Source: Flavobacteriales bacterium
GTDB taxonomy: Bacteria; Bacteroidota; Bacteroidia; Flavobacteriales_D; Sanyastnellaceae
Direction of reading: 5' to 3'
Assembly: GCA_002863145.1 (NCBI GenBank)
Contig: PKDW01000164.1
Span: 25 to 64,024, forward strand
DNA: 64,000 bases
The position numbers and the translations under genes are program-made. The notes under the pieces were generated by a model. That model was given only the letters and a program-made list of their open reading frames with translations. It made no database searches and was not told the DNA's origin. This document shows positions 14,146 through 23,392 of the stretch, one piece after another. Within the stretch, counting starts at the first letter, position 1; each line of letters begins with the position of its first letter.

Positions 14146-15726
14146 ATGACTCATCAGCCCCCCGCCCCATTCAATGTGCCCGCGGTGTTGCACGGCACCC
14201 GCTTTTTGGTGAACGGCCAACTCGAATCCTGGACCGGCCCCTCTAGCGAAGTGCGCAGCCCCATCATGACAGAGCTGAAAGATGGCGCCGAACGCACCCT
14301 TCTCGGGTCGGTGCCTGACCTGCCGGCTGAAGAAGGCATACGGGCGTTGGAAGCCGCATGTGACGCCTACGACCATGGTCGGGGACAATGGCCCTCTTCC
14401 TCAGCCGCCGACCGCATTGAAGCCATGGAGAAGTTCATTTCCTTGATCGAGCCCAAGCGCGATCAGGTGGCCGAGTTGCTGATGTGGGAGATTGGCAAAA
14501 AGCGCAGCGACGCAGAAAAAGAGTTTGACCGCACCGTGGTGTACCTGAAGGACACCATTGAAGAGTACAAGAACCTCCACCGCGAAGGCAGCCACATCAG
14601 CCAAGTCTCCGGCGTGCTTGCTCAGATTCGTCGCGGACCGCTCGGCGTGGTGCTCTGCCTAGGCCCGTTCAACTACCCCTTGAATGAAACGTTTTGTGTG
14701 CTGTTGCCGGCCATTTTGATGGGCAACACGTGCGTCTTTAAGCCTGCCAAATACGGCGTGTTGCTCATGGTGCCTCTGCTGGAGGCGTTCGCAGAGAGCT
14801 TCCCTCCCGGCGTGGTCAACATTGTGTTTGGGCGAGGCCGCACCCTTGCGAGCCCCATCATGCAATCGGGCCGCGTGGATGTGTTGGCGCTCATTGGCAA
14901 CAGCAAGAGCAGCAACGCTTTGATTTCGCAGCATCCCAAGCCCAACAGGGTGCGACAAGTGCTGGGGTTGGAGGCCAAAAACCCGGCCGTCGTCTTCCCG
15001 GATGCGGACCTGGAATTGGCCGTGAAGGAATGCGTCAAGGGTGCGTGGAGCTTCAATGGACAGCGGTGCACCGCCTTGAAAGTGGTGTACGTGCACAAGG
15101 AAATCCGAGAGAAATTCCTAGAAGCCTTCGCCCGCGCCACAGACAACCTCGTCATGGGCAGTCCCTTGGTGGATGCCGACATCACCCCCCTTCCGGAAGT
15201 CGGCAAAGTCGAAGCCATGCAGGCCTACATCGACGAAGCCGTGGAGAAAGGGGCTTCGGTGATCAACGGACGCGGCGGAACCGTCGAGGGCAACATGATG
15301 TTCCCCGCCATCTTGTATCCTGTGGACCGCGACACCGCCATTTTCAAGGAGGAGCAGTTTGGCCCGGTTTGTCCTGTGCTGGAATTTGAGGACTTCCATG
15401 ACGTGCTCAAGGACATCGCGGAAAGCGACTACGGGCAGCAAGTGAGTGTCTTCACGGCCAACCACGACACGGCAGGTCGCGCCATTGACCAACTTGTGAA
15501 CCAAGTGTGCCGCGTCAACCTCAATGCGACATGCCAGCGTGGACCGGACACCCTCCCCTTCACAGGCCGAAAGGACAGCGCCGTGAGCACCTTGAGCGTC
15601 AAGGCCGCCCTTCGTTCGTTCAGCATCCGAACGCTTGTGGCCTGCAATGCCTCCCAAAAAGACCTCGTCGAAGGCATTGTCGCCGGAGGGCACTCCGAGT
15701 TCTCCAGCATGAACTACCTGCTCTGA
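14146..15726 (+). CDS. Aldehyde dehydrogenase family protein, GapN-like (non-phosphorylating NADP-dependent G3P dehydrogenase type)
   Basis: ALDH catalytic Cys context FNGQRCTALK and Glu context LGLEAKNPAVV. Start MTHQPPAPFNVP at 14146. Confidence 0.8.
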   Translation: MTHQPPAPFNVPAVLHGTRFLVNGQLESWTGPSSEVRSPIMTELKDGAERTLLGSVPDLPAEEGIRALEAACDAYDHGRGQWPSSSAADRIEAMEKFISLIEPKRDQVAELLMWEIGKKRSDAEKEFDRTVVYLKDTIEEYKNLHREGSHISQVSGVLAQIRRGPLGVVLCLGPFNYPLNETFCVLLPAILMGNTCVFKPAKYGVLLMVPLLEAFAESFPPGVVNIVFGRGRTLASPIMQSGRVDVLALIGNSKSSNALISQHPKPNRVRQVLGLEAKNPAVVFPDADLELAVKECVKGAWSFNGQRCTALKVVYVHKEIREKFLEAFARATDNLVMGSPLVDADITPLPEVGKVEAMQAYIDEAVEKGASVINGRGGTVEGNMMFPAILYPVDRDTAIFKEEQFGPVCPVLEFEDFHDVLKDIAESDYGQQVSVFTANHDTAGRAIDQLVNQVCRVNLNATCQRGPDTLPFTGRKDSAVSTLSVKAALRSFSIRTLVACNASQKDLVEGIVAGGHSEFSSMNYLL

Positions 15727-15745
15727 TTCGGGGTACTTTCGTGGC

Positions 15746-16147
15746 ATGACGTCACGTGTCTTCCTTCTGGCCACCCTCTTCGGTGCACTCCTTTCTTCAG
15801 AGGCCCAAACCCTGCCCGCCCCTGACCAACTCGCAGCCACCCACCCCGCGCCCAAGACGCTGGTGGATGTGGCGCTAGGCCATCCCGTGGCCCTCGTTCA
15901 AGACAGAGCCTCCCTTTTGGCGCATCCCAATCCCACAACCGATGACGTTTGGGTGACAGGGATGGAAGCCCCCGAAGGAACGTGGACCCTTGTCAATGGC
16001 CATGGTGCCATGGTATTCACCGGCCGAGCAACCTCGCGGTTCCGCGTCGACATGGGGGACCTGCCGGCAGGCATTTACATCTTGCGGACCACAAACCCCA
16101 AAGGCGAAACGCGCATCGCCCGCATCGTCAAGCAACTGAACCCATGA
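15746..16147 (+). CDS. Minimal T9SS cargo: signal peptide plus a short linker plus a T9SS C-terminal domain only
   Basis: 133 aa. Signal MTSRVFLLATLFGALLSSEAQ. CTD LLAHPNPTTDDVWV...LPAGIYILRTTNPKGETRIARIVKQ. Confidence 0.6.
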   Translation: MTSRVFLLATLFGALLSSEAQTLPAPDQLAATHPAPKTLVDVALGHPVALVQDRASLLAHPNPTTDDVWVTGMEAPEGTWTLVNGHGAMVFTGRATSRFRVDMGDLPAGIYILRTTNPKGETRIARIVKQLNP

Positions 16148-17637
16148 GAATGTTGTTGTCTTTTTCGATGGTTGTCAATCGACCTTGTTGGCTCGCTGCT
16201 TTGGCCGTGCTGAACATGTTTTGGAATCCAGCGCGCGCCCAAAACACGGAATTCCGCGCCGTCTTGGCGCCTGGACTGCAGCGTGCCGAGGCGGTGGTGC
16301 CTCACGCCACGGGCGCATTTTTGGTGTCCTCCACGGTTCTGCCAGAATCAAACCTCCTCCGCGGCCACGTGGCGCATTTTGACGCGGAATTGAACGTGGA
16401 TTGGACCCGGCTCCTGCCCTGCCCCGCTGTGTTTGAAGAAGTCCTCGATGCGTGGAGCGATGCCGCTGGCACACTGACCGTCTTGACCCAACGGCTGACG
16501 CCACTCGACGGATACCAAACGGTGTTGCACCAGCTCGATTCAACCGGGGTGTGGCTGGGCGAATCGCTTCCTGAAGTGCCCCAAGGATTTCGCGCCGCAA
16601 CCAAAGTCGACTGGGTGGGTGCGCCATGGCTGGTCGGTGCCACAGGCACGCAACCTGTGGCGGTGAATCTGAACACCTGCGAGCTCAAAACATGGGGCGG
16701 TGCCCCTGGCGCCTTGGACGAGGTGACCGACGCCGTGGTGTTGGGCAGCCTGATGGTGGCCGTGGGGTCTCGCGCCGACGACGATACGACGTCCACCGCG
16801 ATTTGGGGCCTGTATCCCTTGGGTACGCCTGCCTTTGAAATTGTGAATCCCGATCCGGCCGCGGGCGCCTTCAGCAGGGCGGATGCCGTGGCCACGAATG
16901 GGAGCAGCGTGCGGGTCTTGCACAGTTTTGAGCCCGACACATCATCCAACACCCTCCACAGCATGTTGTCGGTCAGCGTGCAACAAGGCGAGGTGGTGGG
17001 CATCCTTTACGGTCCTTCGGAAGGAGAGCGTCCGGGACGCGATTTGGCCTGGACGGACGCGGGCTGGCTCAAACTCACCCAAACCGACGGCTTCACAGAG
17101 TTGGGCCAAAGCATGCTCCTCACCCACTACAGTCCCAACGGCACCTACCTGGATCAAGGGGCCTGGGGCACGGCTTTTGAAGACGATCCCGCGCACGTCA
17201 CCCAAGCCGAGGACGGTGCATTGTGGGTGGCAGGCAGCACACGAGGCTTTGCCGGGGGAACCTGGGATGCATGCGTGTTGCGGCTGGACAGCATCGGACC
17301 CCTGGGAACGTGGTCCAACGACGCGCTCGGGCTGGGCGTGCACAACGACGATTTGTTCGACGATGTGCTCTCGATCGACGGGCCCCTGGCGACGGGATCC
17401 AAGTGGACCTGCAACCCCAACCCCGCATCTGAGGTCACCGTGCTCGTCCCACCCCGCGCCGGACTCCTTGCTGATGCGTGGACGTGGACCCTCCTGAATG
17501 CCCGCGGACAGGTCGTGTCCACCGGAACAGGCGACCAGGTCAACGTCTCGCGCTGCGCGCCAGGCATGCACACCGTGCTGATCCATGCAGGCCCCCAACG
17601 CATCCACGTGAATGTGTTGGTCGCTTCGGCCCGCTGA
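16144..17637 (+). CDS. T9SS-secreted protein with beta-propeller (SBBP-like) repeats
   Basis: The ATG at 16144 overlaps the upstream stop (ATGA). Signal MRMLLSFSMVVNRPCWLAALAVLNMFWNPARAQ. Repeat flavour WVAGSTRGFAGGTWDACVLRLDSIG. CTD WTCNPNPASEVTVLV...HVNVLVASAR. Confidence 0.7.
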   Translation: MRMLLSFSMVVNRPCWLAALAVLNMFWNPARAQNTEFRAVLAPGLQRAEAVVPHATGAFLVSSTVLPESNLLRGHVAHFDAELNVDWTRLLPCPAVFEEVLDAWSDAAGTLTVLTQRLTPLDGYQTVLHQLDSTGVWLGESLPEVPQGFRAATKVDWVGAPWLVGATGTQPVAVNLNTCELKTWGGAPGALDEVTDAVVLGSLMVAVGSRADDDTTSTAIWGLYPLGTPAFEIVNPDPAAGAFSRADAVATNGSSVRVLHSFEPDTSSNTLHSMLSVSVQQGEVVGILYGPSEGERPGRDLAWTDAGWLKLTQTDGFTELGQSMLLTHYSPNGTYLDQGAWGTAFEDDPAHVTQAEDGALWVAGSTRGFAGGTWDACVLRLDSIGPLGTWSNDALGLGVHNDDLFDDVLSIDGPLATGSKWTCNPNPASEVTVLVPPRAGLLADAWTWTLLNARGQVVSTGTGDQVNVSRCAPGMHTVLIHAGPQRIHVNVLVASAR

Positions 17638-18976
17638 CGTTGGTTCCAGCCGTGCTCTGCACCATCTTCGCGTCGTGAATCGTCTGCCCCTTTTCTTCGC
17701 CCGGCTCGTGGTTGTGCTCGCGCTTCTGTCCGCGTATGGCTGGGCCGTGAAGCACCGCACCAAGGGCGATTTGAACTTGGGCTGGGCCAATGCGGTGGTG
17801 GACCAGTTGTCTGGCTTTCCCGACCTGTTCAAGCAGTCGGTCCAGGAAGCCCAAGCCCTCCCCCAAACCTTCGTTCCCACGCCCGGAGACTTTGTCCCGG
17901 TTCAGCGCCTCGAGAACAACGTGTTGGCATTGACGGCCTACAGCAACGAGGACGGTGGCCGCACCATCGATTTGCGCAACCTTCGGACAGGCGCATCCAG
18001 GCATCAATGGGTGGTGCCCAGAGACATTCCGATGAAGCCGCACTGGCGCGTCCATCACCCGCTGATGCTGCCAGACTCATCGGTCATTTCGTTCATCACC
18101 AACCGCAGCCCCTTGTTTCGGCTTGATGCCGGCTCCAACCTCCTGTGGCGGCAAGACAGCTTGAGCTTTCACCACGCGATCAATGCGGATGCGGAGGGCA
18201 TGGTGTGGGCGTGCGTGCAGCAATGGGAGCGTGGCGGGCGCCACATCGGGTACCGTGGACGGTACGAGATGGACGGGAATACCGTCAATTTCCTCGACAA
18301 CAGCATCGCCCAAATCGACCCCGAAACGGGCCACATCCTCTACACCAAGTCGTGCGCGGCCATCCTCCGAGAAAACGGACTTGAGCACTTGATTTTGCGC
18401 TCCGGAGACCCCCAAGACCCCATGCACCTCAACGACGTGGAACCCGCCCTGTTCAGCGGTCCCCACTTCGAATCGGGCGATCTCTTTTTGAGCTTCCGAA
18501 ACCTCCAGGCCGTGCTGCAGTTTCGACCTGCCACGGACGAGGTCATTCGGGTCATTGACGGCCCCTTGGCGGCGCAGCACGACGTGGACATCCTCGACGA
18601 CGCAACCCTCGCGATCTTCAACAACGCCACGCAAGAGAACCTCGGCAAATACACGGGCGGCGCCCACAAATACCCGGTGTCCAAGGACCAAGTCGAATTG
18701 AAACGCTGGTATTCGCGGGTGGAGCTTTACGATTTGACCTCGGACACGTTCACGCCGCTGTGGGAAGACCTCATGCGAGACCAAGAAATCATGACGTTCA
18801 GCGAAGGCCTGCAGGAATTCCTGCCCGACGGCTCGGTCTTCTTGGAAGAACAAAATTCCGGCGTCCTCTGGGTCGTCAGCGAGGAGGGGGTGCTGTTCAA
18901 AGACGTGCAACGCTCCCACCACGACGGACACCATCACCTCCCCAACTGGACGCGCATCATTCCTTCGACCCCATGA
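17612..18976 (+). CDS. Arylsulfotransferase (ASST)-family-like protein with an N-terminal membrane anchor
   Basis: TM segment LPLFFARLVVVLALLSAYGWAV. ASST-like His motifs SFHHAINAD, PMHLNDVEP and LAAQHDVDILDDATLAIFNN. The start is uncertain: ATG 17612 overlaps the upstream gene by 26 nt, and GTG 17675 is an alternative. Confidence 0.6.
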   Translation: MCWSLRPADVGSSRALHHLRVVNRLPLFFARLVVVLALLSAYGWAVKHRTKGDLNLGWANAVVDQLSGFPDLFKQSVQEAQALPQTFVPTPGDFVPVQRLENNVLALTAYSNEDGGRTIDLRNLRTGASRHQWVVPRDIPMKPHWRVHHPLMLPDSSVISFITNRSPLFRLDAGSNLLWRQDSLSFHHAINADAEGMVWACVQQWERGGRHIGYRGRYEMDGNTVNFLDNSIAQIDPETGHILYTKSCAAILRENGLEHLILRSGDPQDPMHLNDVEPALFSGPHFESGDLFLSFRNLQAVLQFRPATDEVIRVIDGPLAAQHDVDILDDATLAIFNNATQENLGKYTGGAHKYPVSKDQVELKRWYSRVELYDLTSDTFTPLWEDLMRDQEIMTFSEGLQEFLPDGSVFLEEQNSGVLWVVSEEGVLFKDVQRSHHDGHHHLPNWTRIIPSTP

Positions 18977-19107
18977 ACTTTCCCCTCTACATCGGCCCTT
19001 CGATGGGCGCAGGCGCCATCGCCCTCTCCTTGGTCATCGGAGGCATCGTGGTGGTGTCGCTCGGCTACATTGTTTGGCTTCGCGTGAAGAAATTCCTCAA
19101 GAAGTAA
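18973..19107 (+). CDS. 44-aa single-pass membrane peptide
   Basis: MNFPLYIGPSMGAGAIALSLVIGGIVVVSLGYIVWLRVKKFLKK has one TM helix and a positive C-terminal tail. ATGA overlap with the upstream stop and a 4-nt gap to the next gene. Confidence 0.5.
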   Translation: MNFPLYIGPSMGAGAIALSLVIGGIVVVSLGYIVWLRVKKFLKK

Positions 19108-19111
19108 GGAC

Positions 19112-20518
19112 ATGTCCGGAGCGTGGGTCCTGCTGACGATCTCGAGCTACGCCGCCCTGTTGTTGCTGCGCAGAAATACGCCCCTCCTTCATCGCCTTGC
19201 CATCCAAAGTGTCGCGGTCCTCGACGGCATGCTCTCGGACGGCGACGACGACGTCAAGCTCGCCGCCCTCGAGGCTGCCACAGGCCGCCTGCTCCGCGCC
19301 CTCTTTTCCTTCCTCTTGCTGTTGTGGGTCGGTGCCTTGCTCATCGGCGTGCCCTGGCTGTTTCAAGGAAAAGGGTTTCTCGACCTCTTGTTGTCTTGGC
19401 AAGGCCTTGTGGCCGTCTCCGCAGGCGGCACACTCGCCTTTTTCTTGCCCCGGACCCTGCCCGGCGTGACCGCGGCTTCCGGCCTGGGTGCGTCCAGCCA
19501 CTCTGCGTTGGACCAGCTCCTGCACCGCATGCTTTTGAACCACCCCCACGTGCACATGCGCCTCATGCGGCGTGAAATGGCAAGGTGGCGCAAGCGAGGG
19601 GGCGCCCCAAAGCCTTCGTTTTTGTGGGTGACTGGGCTCGCCAGGGCGGGCACGACGAGCATACTCGAGCGATTGGTCGCCACGGGCGCCTACCACAGCC
19701 TGAACTACGCCAACATGCCTTTGGTGCTCGCGCCCGGGCTTTGGAAGCGGTTCCACAATCCCGGCACGGGCAAGCTGCAGGAACGCAGTCACGGCGACGG
19801 GATCTTGGTGGGCCTCGACTCGGCCGAAGCCCTCGAAGAAGTGTTCTTCCAAGCCATGACGGGACGGATCTATGTAACGGACGAGGCCCTTGAGGCCCAC
19901 GACGTCACCCCCGAAATTCACAGCACTTACCTCGATTACCAGGGCATCGCCCTCGCTTCAGGGAGGCATCCCGACGCCATGTACGTGGCCAAAAACAACA
20001 ATGCGCTGCTGCGCTACCCCGCCATGCGTCGCCAGAACCGCGACTTCCACGCCGTCGTCATGTTCCGCGACCCGCTGACGCATGCCGAGTCGCTTCGGGC
20101 GATGCACCGCAAATACGTCGCGATGCAAGCCGACGATCCATTCGTGAAGGAGTACATGGATTGGCTGGCGCACCACGAGTTTGGGATGGGACACAAACCC
20201 TTCCGCTTTCCTTCGACCCAAGACCTTCCAAGCGGCGACCTCGACAGCCTGGATTACTGGCTGAGTCTGTGGATCAACCACTACAGCGAAGCACTGAATC
20301 TGGATGCACATCGCCTGCACTTTGTCTCCTACGAAGCGTACTGCACCTCTCCCCAAGAGGTGTTGCAACACATTGTTGCTGCCACCACGCAGGATGCGAA
20401 GGTGCCTGCCTACGCGGCCTATCTCAAGGTGCGAGACGTCGAGGATGCCGTGGACGCCGAGCGTTTGGCGCAAGCGCGTTCACTTTATGCTGAAATGGTC
20501 CGCCGCAGTCAGTCCTGA
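19112..20518 (+). CDS. Membrane-anchored PAPS-type sulfotransferase
   Basis: The first ~110 aa carry 3-4 hydrophobic helices. 5'-PSB loop WVTGLARAGTTSILERL. 3'-PB-like VVMFRDPLTHAESLRAMH. Confidence 0.75.
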   Translation: MSGAWVLLTISSYAALLLLRRNTPLLHRLAIQSVAVLDGMLSDGDDDVKLAALEAATGRLLRALFSFLLLLWVGALLIGVPWLFQGKGFLDLLLSWQGLVAVSAGGTLAFFLPRTLPGVTAASGLGASSHSALDQLLHRMLLNHPHVHMRLMRREMARWRKRGGAPKPSFLWVTGLARAGTTSILERLVATGAYHSLNYANMPLVLAPGLWKRFHNPGTGKLQERSHGDGILVGLDSAEALEEVFFQAMTGRIYVTDEALEAHDVTPEIHSTYLDYQGIALASGRHPDAMYVAKNNNALLRYPAMRRQNRDFHAVVMFRDPLTHAESLRAMHRKYVAMQADDPFVKEYMDWLAHHEFGMGHKPFRFPSTQDLPSGDLDSLDYWLSLWINHYSEALNLDAHRLHFVSYEAYCTSPQEVLQHIVAATTQDAKVPAYAAYLKVRDVEDAVDAERLAQARSLYAEMVRRSQS

Positions 20519-20877
20519 AACGCGACGCGGCGCACGACGCTCGCCGTGTCGCGCAACACCACTTCCAACGCCTTCAAGGTGCCGGGCGCTTCACCCTCCT
20601 GTTCGAGGAGGTACCACTGCGGGGTGTCGCGTGGACCGCTTTCCCCAAAATTGACGTCGGCCGAGCCCACAAACGAGAGCACCTCCGAGACCGTCAAAGC
20701 GGGATGGGCCTCGCGCACTTCCGAGGAAAGCTGCACACCACCCTCCACAATGCTCGTGCGAATTTGGGCTGACGGGAGCCAAGAACCGCATCCCCTGCTG
20801 CCGAAGAAATACAGCGACAAGGCAATGCCAATCACAATGCCAATGCCAAATCGAGAGAGTCGTTGCCAAAAATTCAT
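20509..20877 (-). CDS. Membrane-anchored hypothetical protein (DUF4258-like)
   Basis: 122 aa with an N-terminal TM segment FGIGIVIGIALSLYFF. It has the overall pattern of a small Bacteroidota-specific family. The assignment is weak. Confidence 0.5.
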   Translation of the reverse strand: MNFWQRLSRFGIGIVIGIALSLYFFGSRGCGSWLPSAQIRTSIVEGGVQLSSEVREAHPALTVSEVLSFVGSADVNFGESGPRDTPQWYLLEQEGEAPGTLKALEVVLRDTASVVRRVAFQD

Positions 20878-20941
20878 GTTCGTCGTTTGTTGTGTGCGAA
20901 GCTACATCCAAGCGCACGTTTGGGCGGCTTACCTTCGCAAC

Positions 20942-21589
20942 ATGGTGCAAGTGCAGGGCGTGCAGTTCCAATACGGCGAGGAAGGTCCGCGGATGACATT
21001 CCCCGACTTTTCCTGTCAGCCCGGGGACAGGATGCTCTTGCTCGGCCAATCGGGCACGGGCAAAACCACCCTGCTTCACCTGCTGTGTGGCATGCTCAAG
21101 GCCCAAGCCGGCATCCTGAATGTGGCGGGGCAGGATTTGCGTGCGGCCTCGGACCGGGAAATCGACAATTGGCGCGGACAAGCCTTGGGCGTGGTCTTCC
21201 AGCGCGCGCACTTTGTGCAGAGCCTGACCATTCAAGAGAACCTCGCCCTGCCCCACCAACTCACCCAAGGCCGTGTGCCCTCGGAGGTGCTCGACCGCAT
21301 GGGTTCCATGCTCGACCGACTCGGCATTGCGCACCGCGCCGAGGCCCGGCCTCACGAATTGAGTGTGGGCGAACAGCAACGCGCGTCCATCGCGCGCGCG
21401 CTCCTTCACAAGCCGCAAGTCGTGTTTGCCGACGAGCCCACCTCGGCCTTGGACGACCACAACGCCGCGGCTGTCATGGACATCCTTGACCGGGAAGCGG
21501 CCGAGGCCACCCTCGTCGTGGTCACCCACGACCAACGTCTGAAGGACCGTTACCCCCATTGTGTCACCTTGAGCCCCAACCAAGCATGA
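20942..21589 (+). CDS. ABC transporter ATP-binding protein
   Basis: Walker A GQSGTGKTT, signature LSVGEQQRASIARAL and Walker B VVFADEPTSALD. Start MVQVQGVQFQY. Confidence 0.9.
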   Translation: MVQVQGVQFQYGEEGPRMTFPDFSCQPGDRMLLLGQSGTGKTTLLHLLCGMLKAQAGILNVAGQDLRAASDREIDNWRGQALGVVFQRAHFVQSLTIQENLALPHQLTQGRVPSEVLDRMGSMLDRLGIAHRAEARPHELSVGEQQRASIARALLHKPQVVFADEPTSALDDHNAAAVMDILDREAAEATLVVVTHDQRLKDRYPHCVTLSPNQA

Positions 21590-22773
21590 AGCTAAGCCTG
21601 CACTACCAAGCGTGGCGAAACCTTCGGGCCAAGCCGTTGCAAACGGCCCTGAGTTTGGCCTTGCTCGGCTTTGGTGTGGGCATGGTGAGCCTCATGCTCT
21701 TGACGGAAAAGCAGGTGAACGACGCATTCGAACGCAACATCAAGGACATCGACCTCGTCTTGGGTGCGAAGGGAAGCCCCCTTCAGCTCATTTTGGCCAA
21801 CGTCTACCACATCGATGCGCCCACGGGCAACATCAACCAACGCGCTGCGGAGAAGGTCCTCAAGCACCCCTACATCGACTCAGGCATCCCGCTGGCATAC
21901 GGGGACAACCACGAGGGATACCGCATCGTGGGCACCGAGCACAGCTACGTTGCGCACTACGGTGCGACGCTGGCAGAGGGGCAATTGTGGGCGGCGCCTT
22001 ACGAAGTCACGGCCGGGGCCCGGGTGGCGGAAAACCTAGGGCTACACGTTGGAGACACATTCTTCAGCGCCCACGGCCTGAAAGACCAAACCGACATCCA
22101 CACCAACAAAACCTTCACGGTGGTGGGCATCCTCGAGCCGAGCGGCAGCGTCGTGGATCAGCTCTTGTTGACGCCCATGGAGAGCATTTGGTACGTCCAC
22201 ATGGAGGACGGGGAAGTCCTGGATCCTGAGAAGCGGGAAATCACCGCCATGCTTCTGAAAAAGCGCAACCCCCTCGCCGTCCTGACCATCCCCAACACGC
22301 TGCGCGACACCAACATGCAAGTGGCCCTTCCGGCCATCGAAGTGAACCGCATGACGCAGCAGTTTGGACTGGGTACGTCGGCGCTGCGCGCCATCGCCAT
22401 GCTTATCATGGCCCTGAGCTTCGCCAGCATTTTCATCTCCGTGCTGGACAACATCCGGGCACGCCGGCATGAACTCGCCTTGATGCGCACCATGGGCGGC
22501 ACGCCTGGCACCTTGTACCGCTTGCTCCTGCTCGAAGGCGGGCTGCTGAGTGTGGCGGGGACCGTGCTCGGTTTGGTATTGAGCCGCGTGGGCATGACGG
22601 TGCTGAGTCAGGTCGTGGAAGCACAATTCCACTACGACGTGGCCGCCATGGGCATTCTGGGAAGCGAGTGGGCCTTGGCAGGTGCCGCCATCCTCGTGGG
22701 GTTGTTGGCCTCCGCCATTCCCGCACGCCGAAGCCTGCGCCTCGACATCAGCCGAACCCTGAGTGAGGCCTAA
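21586..22773 (+). CDS. ABC transporter permease, FtsX/MacB-like
   Basis: ATGA overlap with the ATPase stop. N-terminal TM, a large periplasmic loop and three C-terminal TM helices typical of the FtsX fold. Confidence 0.85.
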   Translation: MKLSLHYQAWRNLRAKPLQTALSLALLGFGVGMVSLMLLTEKQVNDAFERNIKDIDLVLGAKGSPLQLILANVYHIDAPTGNINQRAAEKVLKHPYIDSGIPLAYGDNHEGYRIVGTEHSYVAHYGATLAEGQLWAAPYEVTAGARVAENLGLHVGDTFFSAHGLKDQTDIHTNKTFTVVGILEPSGSVVDQLLLTPMESIWYVHMEDGEVLDPEKREITAMLLKKRNPLAVLTIPNTLRDTNMQVALPAIEVNRMTQQFGLGTSALRAIAMLIMALSFASIFISVLDNIRARRHELALMRTMGGTPGTLYRLLLLEGGLLSVAGTVLGLVLSRVGMTVLSQVVEAQFHYDVAAMGILGSEWALAGAAILVGLLASAIPARRSLRLDISRTLSEA

Positions 22774-22800
22774 GGCCCGTCCATCCCTACCTTCGAATTC

Positions 22801-23391
22801 ATGAAAACCTCGTCGTTCCTCACCATGATCTTGTCGGCCACCGCGTTGGTCGCAGTGTCGATGATGGACTGGAGCAGCATGTGCCATCCTTCCAAGGAAG
22901 CGCAAGCCACGCAGAATCAACTGCGTCACGTGGGCGAAGCCAAACTGGCCAGCCTTGACCCCGAGCCCTTGACCTCGGTCGGCGAAGTGCCTGTCGTGGA
23001 GGGTGAGCTTGCCGAACTGACTTGGCAGGTGTTGAGCGACGTGGAATTCACAGACGTCTACCTCGAAGAATTGGACGCCTATTACTGGATGCCAGAGTTT
23101 GGCCCCCAGGTCATTGGAGCGGAGGGCAAAGAGTTCTTCATCACTGGCTACATGATTCCCGTGGATGTGGACGAGGACTTCTACGTCCTCAGCCGTTATC
23201 CCTTCGCCAATTGCTTCTTCTGCGGCGGTGCAGGACCCGAATCGGTCATTGATTTGCGCTTCCCCAACAAAAGCGAGCGCACCTACCAAACCGACGACCG
23301 CCTCACCTTCCACGGCAAGCTTCGGTTGAACGCCGACGACGTCTACCAGATGAACTACATCCTCGAGGGCGCGGTCGAATACACGCCGTGA
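22801..23391 (+). CDS. Secreted DUF3299-like protein associated with the ABC transporter
   Basis: Signal MKTSSFLTMILSATALVAVSMM. The motif YMIPVDVDEDFYVLSRYPFANCFFCGGAGPESVIDL is recalled from DUF3299 proteins that sit beside FtsX-type ABC systems. Confidence 0.55.
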   Translation: MKTSSFLTMILSATALVAVSMMDWSSMCHPSKEAQATQNQLRHVGEAKLASLDPEPLTSVGEVPVVEGELAELTWQVLSDVEFTDVYLEELDAYYWMPEFGPQVIGAEGKEFFITGYMIPVDVDEDFYVLSRYPFANCFFCGGAGPESVIDLRFPNKSERTYQTDDRLTFHGKLRLNADDVYQMNYILEGAVEYTP

Positions 23392-23392
23392 T

